The notes under the pieces were generated by a model. It did not search any database. It was not told the DNA's origin and saw only the letters and a list, made by a program, of their open reading frames with translations. Below, in pieces: positions 41,906 to 52,238 of a stretch of 64,000 nt of DNA. The stretch lies in NCBI GenBank assembly GCA_963735805.1, contig CAVTMK010000004.1, positions 1 through 64,000 of the forward strand, given 5' to 3'. Origin of the DNA: an uncultured Verrucomicrobiae bacterium (GTDB taxonomy: Bacteria; Verrucomicrobiota; Verrucomicrobiia; Chthoniobacterales; UBA10450). The stretch's first letter is position 1. Every line of letters starts with the position of its first letter. Made by a program: the position numbers and the translations under genes.

Positions 41906-44900
41906 ACGCTGTCTTCGAACGCCATGGGTTCAACGCTTTTCGCAAAAACGGAGCGGTACGGCTGACGCGATTCTTCGAGACTTTTTCCGGTGTTCCGCAG
42001 ACAACCACTTTGCCGCCATCCGCGCCGGCTTCGGGCCCAAGATCAACAATATAATCGGCTTCGGCAATCACGCTCACATTGTGTTCGATGACAATCACCG
42101 TGTTCCCTTCATCGACGAGCCGGTGCAGCACGTTAAGAAGCAATTCAATGTCAGCCATGTGCAGTCCGATGGTGGGTTCCTCAAGCAAATACAACGTCGA
42201 GCCTGGTTTGCGCATTTTGCGAATCTGCTCATCCGCCGCACGGCTAACGCCACGCTTGAGTTGGGTGACTAGTTTCAGCCGTTGCGCTTCGCCGCCGCTG
42301 AGCGTCGGACTCGGTTGCCCCAGCTTGAGATAACCCAGCCCGGTATCGACCAAAAGCGAAAGCGGTCTCGCGATCTTAGGGTGGACTGAGAAAAATTGCG
42401 CCGCTTCCTCGATCGTCATCTCCATCACGTCGCCGATCGATTTGTCGTTATACAGCACCTCAAGCGTTTGGGGATTATAACGTTTGCCGCTGCAGTCTTC
42501 GCACGGCACATAGCTGCGCGGCAGAAAATTCATCTCCAATTTGATCACGCCCTGACCCTTACAAGTTTCGCAACGACCGCCTTCGGCATTGAACGAGAAT
42601 CGGCTGGCAGAATATCCACGCACGCGCGAGACGGGTAATTGCGCGTAGAGATTCCGGATCTCGTCAAACACCTTAACGTAGGTCCCCGGCGTCGAGCGCG
42701 ATGTTTTACCGATGGGTGATTGATCGACTTCGTAAACGGCTTCGATTTCACGCGAACCGCTAACCAGCTTGAACAGATCACCGTTTCCGGCGCGTTTCTT
42801 CTGGTTCAACTGCTCGCGCACAGCAGGGAAAATCACCTCGTGCATCAATGTCGATTTGCCGCTGCCGGAAATTCCTGTGATCACCGAAAGTCTGCCAACA
42901 GGAAATCGAACATCGATATCCTTTAAATTATTCGCTCTTGCGTCATGGACGTTGATCCAGTGTTCAACCTCGCGCAACGACCGGCGCGATCCGCGGGTAG
43001 GATGTCGAAGCGGTATCTTCAGGCAGCGTGCTGTTTCCGAATTTGGACTTCTTTTGACGTCGCCCAGTGTGCCGGTTGCCACGACTTCCCCGCCGTGAAT
43101 CCCTGCTCGGGGACCCAGATCGACAATGTGATCGGCACGCCGCATTGTTTCCTCATCATGCTCGACGATAATCAGTGAGTTTCCTTTGTTCCGCAGCGCA
43201 GTGAGCGTGTCCAGTAATCGCAAGTTATCGCGCGGATGAAGACCGATCGTCGGCTCATCCAGCACGTAAAGCACACCGCGCAGGTTCGAGCCGAGTTGTG
43301 CTGCCAATCTGATTCGCTGCGATTCTCCGCCGCTCAATGTTTTCGCTGAGCGTCCGAGCGCGAGATAACCGAGGCCAACCCTCTCCATGAAACGTAATCG
43401 CTGCTGGATTTCTGGAACCAGACCGGCAGCGATCGTTTGGTGTGTCCCTCGGAACTTCAATCTCTCGACCTTGCGCGTCGCTTCGCTAGCCGAAAGGTTC
43501 GTAAACTGATCGATGGTGTAACCCTGGACACGCACGTGACGCGCTACAGCGTTCAAGCGCGAACCGTGACAACTCGGGCATTCGTGCGCTTCGCCTTCCG
43601 CGATCCATTCGGACTCGCGCTCGGCGGCAAGCTCGGTCTCCAAAACCGATTCGCCGTCGGTGTTGGCAGCGGTTTGCAGATCCTGGTCAAAAATTTCTCC
43701 GAACCCGCCGCATTCTTCGCACGCTCCGTGAGGTGAATTAAACGAAAACAAGCGCGGATCGAGCTCCTCGAACGCGCGGCCACAATTTGGACAGCTCATT
43801 TCGGTGCTCACGACTGTGACTCTGTTTTTCGAGTCAAGCAGACGCCCCGTGCCGCGGCCGATTTCCAGCGCACGACGAACGATGTCGCGCGTCTCCCCAA
43901 TTCGCTTCTGATCAATGAGACCAACGACTACATCGATCGTATGTTCTTTGAACCGCTCCAGCTTTCGAAAATCCGGGATTGGAATTAATTTTTCATCCAC
44001 ATACAGCGTGTCGAATCCCTGGCGTTCCGCCCAGCGCGCGATTTCGGTGTGAAAACCTTTTCGGGCCTTGACCAGTGGCGCAAGCATTCTCACCGGTCCG
44101 CGTTTCGCTGTTGATTCGATTTGTTTGGCAATGGCGGCAAAGTTTTGCTTTTCCACGGGCAAATCGCAGTCGGGGCAGAACTGTGTTCCTGTTTTTGCAA
44201 AAAGCAGGCGGAGAAAATGGTAAACCTCTGTCACTGTCGCTACAGTCGACTTTCCTCCGCCGCGCGTGACTCGTTGTTCAATCGCCACACTGGGAGGCAA
44301 GCCACTGACCCGGTCGACATCGGGTTTTTCGAGCTGCTCAACGAATTGCCGTGCATACGGCGACATGCTGTCCAGAAAACGTCGTTGTCCCTCCGCGAAC
44401 AGAATATCAAATGCGAGCGTGGATTTGCCGGAGCCGCTCAGACCGGTAATGACCACCATTTGCTGCCTCGGGATTTTGACATCGATATTTTTCAGGTTGT
44501 GCTCACGCGCGCCGTGGACCTGGATCACGCCGTTGCGTCCGTGAACTCGAAATCGTGGTGCCTCCTCAGCAGCTCGTGCGATTTCTGCATCGTCATCCTG
44601 AGCGTAAGCGAAGGACCTCTCCCACTCGTGCGGTACCTTGTGAGGTCCCTCGCCATCTTCGCGGCTCGGGATGACCCGCAGTGCCTTTTGAGATTTCCCA
44701 AGCACATTTCGCAAAAATCGACCCGTATGCGAACTCTCGATCCTGGCAATTCGCTCTGGCGTTCCAACGGCGACCACATCGCCGCCTGCGTCCCCGGCTT
44801 CGGGGCCAAGATCGACAATCCAGTCGGCGCACTTAATCACTTCCAGATTGTGCTCGATCACCACGATGGAGTGACCGCGATCAACCAATCGCTGAAATAA

Positions 44901-47750
44901 TCGCAGCAGTATCGCCACGTCATCAAAATGTAGTCCGGTGGTTGGTTCATCGAAGATAAACAAATTACCAATCGCCTCCCTATTTTCGGATTGGTCGTTC
45001 TCTGTCTGCGCGAGATGGCTAACCAGTTTCAGCCTTTGCGATTCGCCGCCGGAAAGGGTGTTGAGAGGTTGCCCCAATCGTAGGTAACCAAGCCCGACCT
45101 GCTTAAGCACACCAAGCGGTTCGGACAAAGTCCTCTCTTCGCCGATTTGCACGAAGAATTCGATCGCTTCGCTTACGGTGAGCTTAAGCAGATCGTGGAT
45201 TGATTTTCCGTTCAGTTGAACTTTCAGAACGTGCGGCTGAAACCGTTTGCCTTCGCATTCGGCGCAGCGCACAAAAAGATCACTCAAAAATTGCATCTCA
45301 ATTTTTTCATAACCCGTGCCTGAGCAGCGTTCACAGCGACCGCTGCCGGAATTAAAAGAGAATGTCCCCGCTGCCAGTCCCTGCGACATCGCTTCCGGTT
45401 GAGCAGCGAACAGTTCGCGAACACGATCGTAAAGTCCGAGATAAAGGAGCGGCGTTGACCGCGGCGTGCGTACGAGCGGCGCTTGATCGATCATGATTAC
45501 GTCGCGGATTCGATGAGCGCCGGTAATCGACTTGCACATGCCCGGCTCCTGGTTGGACGACTGCCCCTTCGTAACGAGCAGGTTCCGGTACAGGACGTCG
45601 TGAATAAGCGTGGATTTTCCGGAACCGGAAACCCCGGTGACACAGGTGAATACGCCCAGCGGAACATTGACATCGATATTTTTCAGGTTGTGCTGTCGGG
45701 CGCCGATGATCTTGATGGATGACTTCGATGTTCGCCGCGAGGTCGGGACAGGAATCGATTTAAGATTCGTCAGGTAATCGCGCGTTAAGGATTGGTGGAT
45801 CGGCTTCTCCGAAGACGATCGCCTCTCTAAAGCCGCAACGCGTCCGAAATTTGATCGCTGCGCGATTTTGGGTGCCATCGCGTTCGGAGAACACGATCCA
45901 CCTAAAAATGAGTCTAGCGTTCCATTCCAAACCAACTCGCCGCCGTGCTCGCCTCGGCCTGGGCCGATATCGATCAGATTATCAGCAGCACGAATGATCT
46001 GTTCCTCGTGCTCGACCACGAGCAGTGTATTCCCTTTGTCGCGCAAGTTATGCATCACGCGCACCAGCCGCCCAACATCGCGCGGATGTAAACCAATGCT
46101 TGGTTCATCCATGACGAAGAGCGTGTTGACCAGCGATGCACCGAGACACGTTGTAAGATTAACTCGTTGCACCTCGCCGCCGGACAAACTTCGCGTGGAG
46201 CGGTCGAGCGTGAGATAGCCAACGCCGACTTCACAAAGATAATTGAGGCGCGCACAGATTTCGTCGCTCAACATCCGTGCGGTCGAATCTTTTGGCGGAA
46301 TCTCGATCGCCGTCAGAAAATCACGGGCATCCAAGATCGAAAGCGCCTGGAATGCGGGGAGTGTCAATCGAATCTCGGATTTCGAATTTCGAATTCCTAA
46401 TTCGGTGGCAATCTTGTAATTCAGCGCTTCGGGCTGATATCGGCCGCCATCGCACTTTGGACACGTAACGTAAGCTCGATAGCGGCTGAGCAATACGCGA
46501 ACATGCATTTTATAAGTCTTGCTCTCGAGCCAGCGAAAGAACCCGCGGACGCCATACCACCGATCGTTTTCGTAATCTTCGTCGGCATAATCGCCTGATC
46601 GTTTCTCGCCTTCGATGACGAACTCCTGATCGGCCTTCGGCAATTCTTCGAATGGAACATGGATGTCGATCTCTTTACGTATGCACGCTCGAAGCAAATC
46701 TTTCTGCGATTCGCCAAACTCGACACCGCGAAAAACGCGGACCGCACCTTGTTTGATGCTGAGGCTGCGATCTGGAATCGCCTTGTTTAGATCGATTGCG
46801 ATGGTACGACCAAATCCGCGACATTCCGGACATGCGCCGAGTGGATTATTAAAACTGAACAGCCCAGGTGTAGGCGGCCGAATATCGATATCGCAGTGGG
46901 GGCAATGCCAGCCAGTGGAGAAAGGCATTGCAGATTGGTAGTGCGCGACCTCCCGGCGCGCGGTCGCAGACCTGGCAGGCTGATTGAGGTGGGAGACCGG
47001 CACAACATTGACCTTCCCTTTCCCAAAACGCAGCGCGGTTTCGATAGCTTCAACCAGGCGTGCACGGTTTTCTTCCGAGACTGCGATGCGATCCTGAATG
47101 ACCTGAACGCGGCCGCCTAGCCGTTTCAGTTTTGGATCGACGTCGACGCGCACGATTTGGTTGTCGACCCATACGCGGAGATACCCCTGTTGCTGAAGAA
47201 ATTCGAAGAACTTACGTGGCTCGGTTTTCGGCGGAACAACAACCCAGAATGTGACGAGAATAGTTTTCCCCGCGCAGGCGTGTAAGACCTGCTGACTGAT
47301 TGACTGCGCCGTTTCCGGGCGAATTTCCCGGCTGCAACTCGGACAGAATGCTCGAGCGATGCGTGGCCAGAACAATTTCAGATAATCGTTGATCTCGGTC
47401 ATCGTGCCGACGGTCGAGCGCGAGCTCTTCACCGGGTTCGCTTGCTCGATGGCAATCGCAGGAGGGATTCCGCGGATTTCTTTCACGCGCGGCTTGTCCA
47501 TGCGGTCGAGAAATTGCCGCATGTAGGGACTAAACGTTTCGACGTAACGTCGCTGGCCTTCAGCGTAAATCGTCTCGAACGCCAGACTTGATTTGCCGCT
47601 GCCGCTGGGCCCTGTAACAACCGTCAATTTTCCCAGCGGGAGATCGACATCGATCCCTTTGAGATTGTTCTGACGCGCCCCGCGAACCTCTATTTGATTT
47701 TTCGCACCTGGCCCTTTGACGCGCTCTTTTTTTGCGACCTTCGAACCCAC
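41895..47750 (-). CDS. uvrA: Excinuclease ABC subunit A, tandem-fused double UvrA (~1950 aa); start uncertain (GTG 47750 preferred)
   Basis: Four GARxxNLK / GxSGSGKS Walker A blocks, four LSGGE signatures, multiple CxxC zinc fingers. Confidence 0.95.
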   Translation of the reverse strand: MGSKVAKKERVKGPGAKNQIEVRGARQNNLKGIDVDLPLGKLTVVTGPSGSGKSSLAFETIYAEGQRRYVETFSPYMRQFLDRMDKPRVKEIRGIPPAIAIEQANPVKSSRSTVGTMTEINDYLKLFWPRIARAFCPSCSREIRPETAQSISQQVLHACAGKTILVTFWVVVPPKTEPRKFFEFLQQQGYLRVWVDNQIVRVDVDPKLKRLGGRVQVIQDRIAVSEENRARLVEAIETALRFGKGKVNVVPVSHLNQPARSATARREVAHYQSAMPFSTGWHCPHCDIDIRPPTPGLFSFNNPLGACPECRGFGRTIAIDLNKAIPDRSLSIKQGAVRVFRGVEFGESQKDLLRACIRKEIDIHVPFEELPKADQEFVIEGEKRSGDYADEDYENDRWYGVRGFFRWLESKTYKMHVRVLLSRYRAYVTCPKCDGGRYQPEALNYKIATELGIRNSKSEIRLTLPAFQALSILDARDFLTAIEIPPKDSTARMLSDEICARLNYLCEVGVGYLTLDRSTRSLSGGEVQRVNLTTCLGASLVNTLFVMDEPSIGLHPRDVGRLVRVMHNLRDKGNTLLVVEHEEQIIRAADNLIDIGPGRGEHGGELVWNGTLDSFLGGSCSPNAMAPKIAQRSNFGRVAALERRSSSEKPIHQSLTRDYLTNLKSIPVPTSRRTSKSSIKIIGARQHNLKNIDVNVPLGVFTCVTGVSGSGKSTLIHDVLYRNLLVTKGQSSNQEPGMCKSITGAHRIRDVIMIDQAPLVRTPRSTPLLYLGLYDRVRELFAAQPEAMSQGLAAGTFSFNSGSGRCERCSGTGYEKIEMQFLSDLFVRCAECEGKRFQPHVLKVQLNGKSIHDLLKLTVSEAIEFFVQIGEERTLSEPLGVLKQVGLGYLRLGQPLNTLSGGESQRLKLVSHLAQTENDQSENREAIGNLFIFDEPTTGLHFDDVAILLRLFQRLVDRGHSIVVIEHNLEVIKCADWIVDLGPEAGDAGGDVVAVGTPERIARIESSHTGRFLRNVLGKSQKALRVIPSREDGEGPHKVPHEWERSFAYAQDDDAEIARAAEEAPRFRVHGRNGVIQVHGAREHNLKNIDVKIPRQQMVVITGLSGSGKSTLAFDILFAEGQRRFLDSMSPYARQFVEQLEKPDVDRVSGLPPSVAIEQRVTRGGGKSTVATVTEVYHFLRLLFAKTGTQFCPDCDLPVEKQNFAAIAKQIESTAKRGPVRMLAPLVKARKGFHTEIARWAERQGFDTLYVDEKLIPIPDFRKLERFKEHTIDVVVGLIDQKRIGETRDIVRRALEIGRGTGRLLDSKNRVTVVSTEMSCPNCGRAFEELDPRLFSFNSPHGACEECGGFGEIFDQDLQTAANTDGESVLETELAAERESEWIAEGEAHECPSCHGSRLNAVARHVRVQGYTIDQFTNLSASEATRKVERLKFRGTHQTIAAGLVPEIQQRLRFMERVGLGYLALGRSAKTLSGGESQRIRLAAQLGSNLRGVLYVLDEPTIGLHPRDNLRLLDTLTALRNKGNSLIIVEHDEETMRRADHIVDLGPRAGIHGGEVVATGTLGDVKRSPNSETARCLKIPLRHPTRGSRRSLREVEHWINVHDARANNLKDIDVRFPVGRLSVITGISGSGKSTLMHEVIFPAVREQLNQKKRAGNGDLFKLVSGSREIEAVYEVDQSPIGKTSRSTPGTYVKVFDEIRNLYAQLPVSRVRGYSASRFSFNAEGGRCETCKGQGVIKLEMNFLPRSYVPCEDCSGKRYNPQTLEVLYNDKSIGDVMEMTIEEAAQFFSVHPKIARPLSLLVDTGLGYLKLGQPSPTLSGGEAQRLKLVTQLKRGVSRAADEQIRKMRKPGSTLYLLEEPTIGLHMADIELLLNVLHRLVDEGNTVIVIEHNVSVIAEADYIVDLGPEAGADGGKVVVCGTPEKVSKNRVSRTAPFLRKALNPWRSKTALSC
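44592..44675. repeat. Intact 84-bp palindromic element in frame within uvrA
   Basis: GTCATCCTGAGC...GAAGGACCTC / GAGGTCCCTC...GCTCGGGATGAC. Confidence 0.85.
45794..45902. repeat. GTGG-type REP doublet (REPIN-like) in frame within uvrA
   Basis: GGTGGATCGGCTTCTCCGAAGACGAT versus reverse complement of the right arm GGTGGATCGTGTTCTCCGAACGCGAT. Confidence 0.85.
46937..47006. repeat. GTAG-type REP doublet (degenerate) in frame within uvrA
   Basis: GGTAGTGCGCGACCTCCCGGCGCGC with decayed partner GGGAGACCGGCACAAC. Confidence 0.6.
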
Positions 47751-47805
47751 TGGAAATATTCGCTGCCAGTCAAGCGGTTCGCAAATTTTAGTAGCGCAAA
47801 CGCAT

Positions 47806-47857
47806 GTCATTCCGAACGAATCATCCGTCAGAGGTTCCTCGCTTCGCTCGAGAGGAC
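47806..47857. repeat. Shortened GTCAT-family palindromic element between uvrA and PEPCK
   Basis: gtcattccgaacgaa...gaggttcctcgcttcgctcgagaggac. Confidence 0.55.
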
Positions 47858-47870
47858 AAACGGCGGGTGA

Positions 47871-49676
<1,806 letters not shown>

Positions 49677-49829
49677 GAAACGAAGGTGTCCATTCTAACT
49701 ACGAATAAACGGATTCGCCACGTTGAATCGTTTGAACGGTTAAATCTTTTCCCTGAGAGTAATGGCGCGGAAATCTACGAACCATGAATCACGCTTGCGC
49801 AAAAACAGTGCGCGGCATTAATTGAAAGC

Positions 49830-50681
49830 ATGTTCGGGGTCACCACCTCCGATGATTATCGGCCGGTTGCGTGGATGGGTCGTTATCCCGTCGATGTGAC
49901 CACAATGCTGGTTGGGCTGCATGTCGCGGCCGCGATTCTCACAGCGATTCTCGTCATGATTGGGGCACATTCCGTCTTAGCCCATTTACAATTCGATAGC
50001 GCGGCAGTGTGGGCCGGCCAGGTGTGGCGCCTTTTCACGTATGCGTTCGTACATGCCCCATCCGCGCTGCTCTGGTTTGCCATCGAGATGTACATGTTGT
50101 TCGTGTTTGGACGGGAAGTGGAGCGCTTTATCGGCCGACGCGCTTACATCACCCTGTATATCATTTTGCTGGTGACGCCTGCGGTGTTATTGACGATCTG
50201 GGGACTCTGGCAGCGTTCAGTCCTGTCCCTTGCTTCCGGTTCGTCAGCGCTGCATTTTGGCATTTTTGTTGCCTTTGCCACCATCTATCCGCGAGCTGAG
50301 TTGTTTCTGCGGATCATGACCAAATGGGTGGTACTGATTCTCGCCGCCGTTTACACGCTTCAGTTGCTCGCTTATCACGCCTGGAGCGATCTGATGGTCG
50401 TTTGGACGAGCATTGGCGCAGCGTTCCTTTTCATTGAAATGCACGGTGCCGGACCCGAACTTGTCTGGTGGGATACATTGAAGGCCCGCTTCAGCCCCAA
50501 GCCGAAGTTTCATGTCGTGCCCAAAATGCGTTCCAATCGTTCGGCCGAACCGGATGACGTTGAGGTTTCGATCGATCCCATACTGGACAAGATTTCCAAG
50601 TTGGGAATCGGTAGTTTGACAGCGAGCGAGCGGCGGCAACTTGATCGTGAACGGGAGCGCCTCTTAAAAAAATCCGAGTGA
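49830..50681 (+). CDS. Rhomboid-like intramembrane protein with conserved C-terminal IDPILDKISKLG domain
   Basis: GQVWRLFTYAFVH, FGREVERFIG, multiple TMs; no clear catalytic His seen. Confidence 0.75.
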   Translation: MFGVTTSDDYRPVAWMGRYPVDVTTMLVGLHVAAAILTAILVMIGAHSVLAHLQFDSAAVWAGQVWRLFTYAFVHAPSALLWFAIEMYMLFVFGREVERFIGRRAYITLYIILLVTPAVLLTIWGLWQRSVLSLASGSSALHFGIFVAFATIYPRAELFLRIMTKWVVLILAAVYTLQLLAYHAWSDLMVVWTSIGAAFLFIEMHGAGPELVWWDTLKARFSPKPKFHVVPKMRSNRSAEPDDVEVSIDPILDKISKLGIGSLTASERRQLDRERERLLKKSE

Positions 50682-50684
50682 CGC

Positions 50685-50748
50685 CATAGTGGTGGCCGTA
50701 TCGGCATTACGGTACCTGTTTGTAATGCAGGCCGCACCTGCCTCTATA
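50685..50748. repeat. Degenerate REP-like doublet between the convergent rhomboid-like gene and gmhA
   Basis: catagtggtggccgtatcggc ... gcaggccgcacctgcctctata; resembles 7518-7537. Confidence 0.5.
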
Positions 50749-51328
50749 GTTTGGTTCCTGCCAAGCTCGCTTCGCAAGCTTCGCACAGCACATGAAGCAA
50801 AAGCTGATGCGCTTCCTGAATCCGAGCGGTGATATCGCTGCGAACCAGGATGTCGACGTCGGCCATACCGAGTGTCGATCCACCGTCGCGTCCGAGGAAG
50901 GCGATAGTCTTAAGCTGACGGGCTTTTGCTTCCTGGAACGCCCGCTCGATATTCTTGGATTTGCCCGACGTTGTCAGGCAAATTAGCAGATCTCCTGGAA
51001 GGCCAAAAGCGGCCACTTGGCGGGCGAAGATCTCGTCGAAGCCATAATCGTTGCCGGCGGCGGTAAGCAATCCGCCGTCGCCCGCAAGACAAATGGCCGG
51101 GTATGCGGGACGGTCCTTCATAAAGCGCACGACAAATTCCGTTGCAAAATGGGATGCGTCAGCTGCGCTGCCGCCGTTCCCGCAAACGAGTAATTTGTTT
51201 CCCCCGCGCAGACACTGCTCAATCAAATTTCCAGCCTTTGCAAGTTGCGAATCGAGGTCGAGCAATGACTGCAGCGTCTCTTTGGCTGCCGCGACTGCGG
51301 TGGCTAAAATCTTAGATGAGTGTCCCAT
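50744..51328 (-). CDS. gmhA: Phosphoheptose isomerase (SIS domain)
   Basis: CGNGGSAADASH, NDYGFDEIFARQV, TTSGKS, ARIQEAH. Confidence 0.9.
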   Translation of the reverse strand: MGHSSKILATAVAAAKETLQSLLDLDSQLAKAGNLIEQCLRGGNKLLVCGNGGSAADASHFATEFVVRFMKDRPAYPAICLAGDGGLLTAAGNDYGFDEIFARQVAAFGLPGDLLICLTTSGKSKNIERAFQEAKARQLKTIAFLGRDGGSTLGMADVDILVRSDITARIQEAHQLLLHVLCEACEASLAGTKL

Positions 51329-51434
51329 ACGTCGTTCAGTAAAGCATACCCTTCGTTGTTCGCATTTGTCGAAACCGTAAGTGAGACAACTGTGTAAAAA
51401 CCAGACCTTTTTACCTTCTGATGAGCATTTTGGG

Positions 51435-51464
51435 GGAACTTCGCTTTCCCGTTTCCGTAGAAGT
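51435..51464 (+). promoter_or_regulatory. Candidate ECF-sigma promoter, copy 1 (GGAAC-N16-CGTA)
   Basis: GGAAC 51435-39, CGTA 51456-59; 14-bp core GTTTCCGTAGAAGT identical to copy 2. Confidence 0.55.
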
Positions 51465-51640
51465 GCTTGTGCACGGTGTAATGCTCGACCTCACACTTAA
51501 CGTTCTTGGCCATCACGCTCTAGCGAGACTGCGGGGTCCCCTTGGGAGCCCGGTCGCTGATCACCAGAGACTCCTCCTCTGGCCGACGAATAGCCCCAAA
51601 ACAGCGAACAAACGGAGCGCAGTCAGCAACCAGCAGCGAG

Positions 51641-51844
51641 ATGGTACAACAAAAAATGGATCTTACCGGCCTTACTGATTCCCATTCAACCACCCACCAC
51701 GAACACGACGAGTGCCCGCACTGTTGCGGCGTGGTGCGAATGCATAACGGACTTTGCCTCGGGTGTTTAGTGCAAACGGGACTAGCTGAAGAGGAGGGCT
51801 CTCACGGGGAGAACCTCGATACTCTTCTCTCTGAGATCGAATAA
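51641..51844 (+). CDS. Small zinc-ribbon-like protein (start 51641 or 51656)
   Basis: CPHC...GLCLGCL motif, His-rich before it, acidic tail. Confidence 0.55.
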   Translation: MVQQKMDLTGLTDSHSTTHHEHDECPHCCGVVRMHNGLCLGCLVQTGLAEEEGSHGENLDTLLSEIE

Positions 51845-51945
51845 GCACTCGGATCGATCACTTCGATCGTCGATTCTCTTCCATTTAAGGCTTGATCTGC
51901 GGATTGTGACAGTGCCGTTAACTTCCTTCGTCCCGCAAAATAATT

Positions 51946-51976
51946 GGAACCTTCACCCTCCAGTTTCCGTAGAAGT
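51946..51976 (+). promoter_or_regulatory. Candidate ECF-sigma promoter, copy 2 (GGAAC-N17-CGTA), upstream of the polysaccharide operon
   Basis: GGAAC 51946-50, CGTA 51968-71. Confidence 0.55.
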
Positions 51977-52238
51977 AAGCGTGCGGGAAACCAGACTTAT
52001 CCAACAGCCTCCCCCGGCATGCCGGCCCGGCTGCGTTGAGACGCCATTCTACCGGCCTGATTTCAATTTTTGTTTCCAATTTTGTCCCCCAGTTTTCACA
52101 TTTTTGAGGGTGAATTTTTCGAGGACCTGCTCCTCGGTCACGTTTGCTTGATAAACGGAAGACCTAGATGCAGGCACCTCCTCACTCTCACAGTCCCGCG
52201 TGGTTAGCGGGTTAGCAGTATTTGGAGGAACTCAACAC

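Noticed and set aside
41127..42272. 381-aa plus-strand ORF and other long antisense ORFs (e.g. 3286-4122, 44121-44900)
   Set aside because: Shadow frames opposite well-supported genes, with no recognisable motifs
47751..47810. Extended uvrA N-terminus starting at ATG 47810
   Set aside because: That ATG is the complement of the repeat's GTCAT end, and the extension is not UvrA-like
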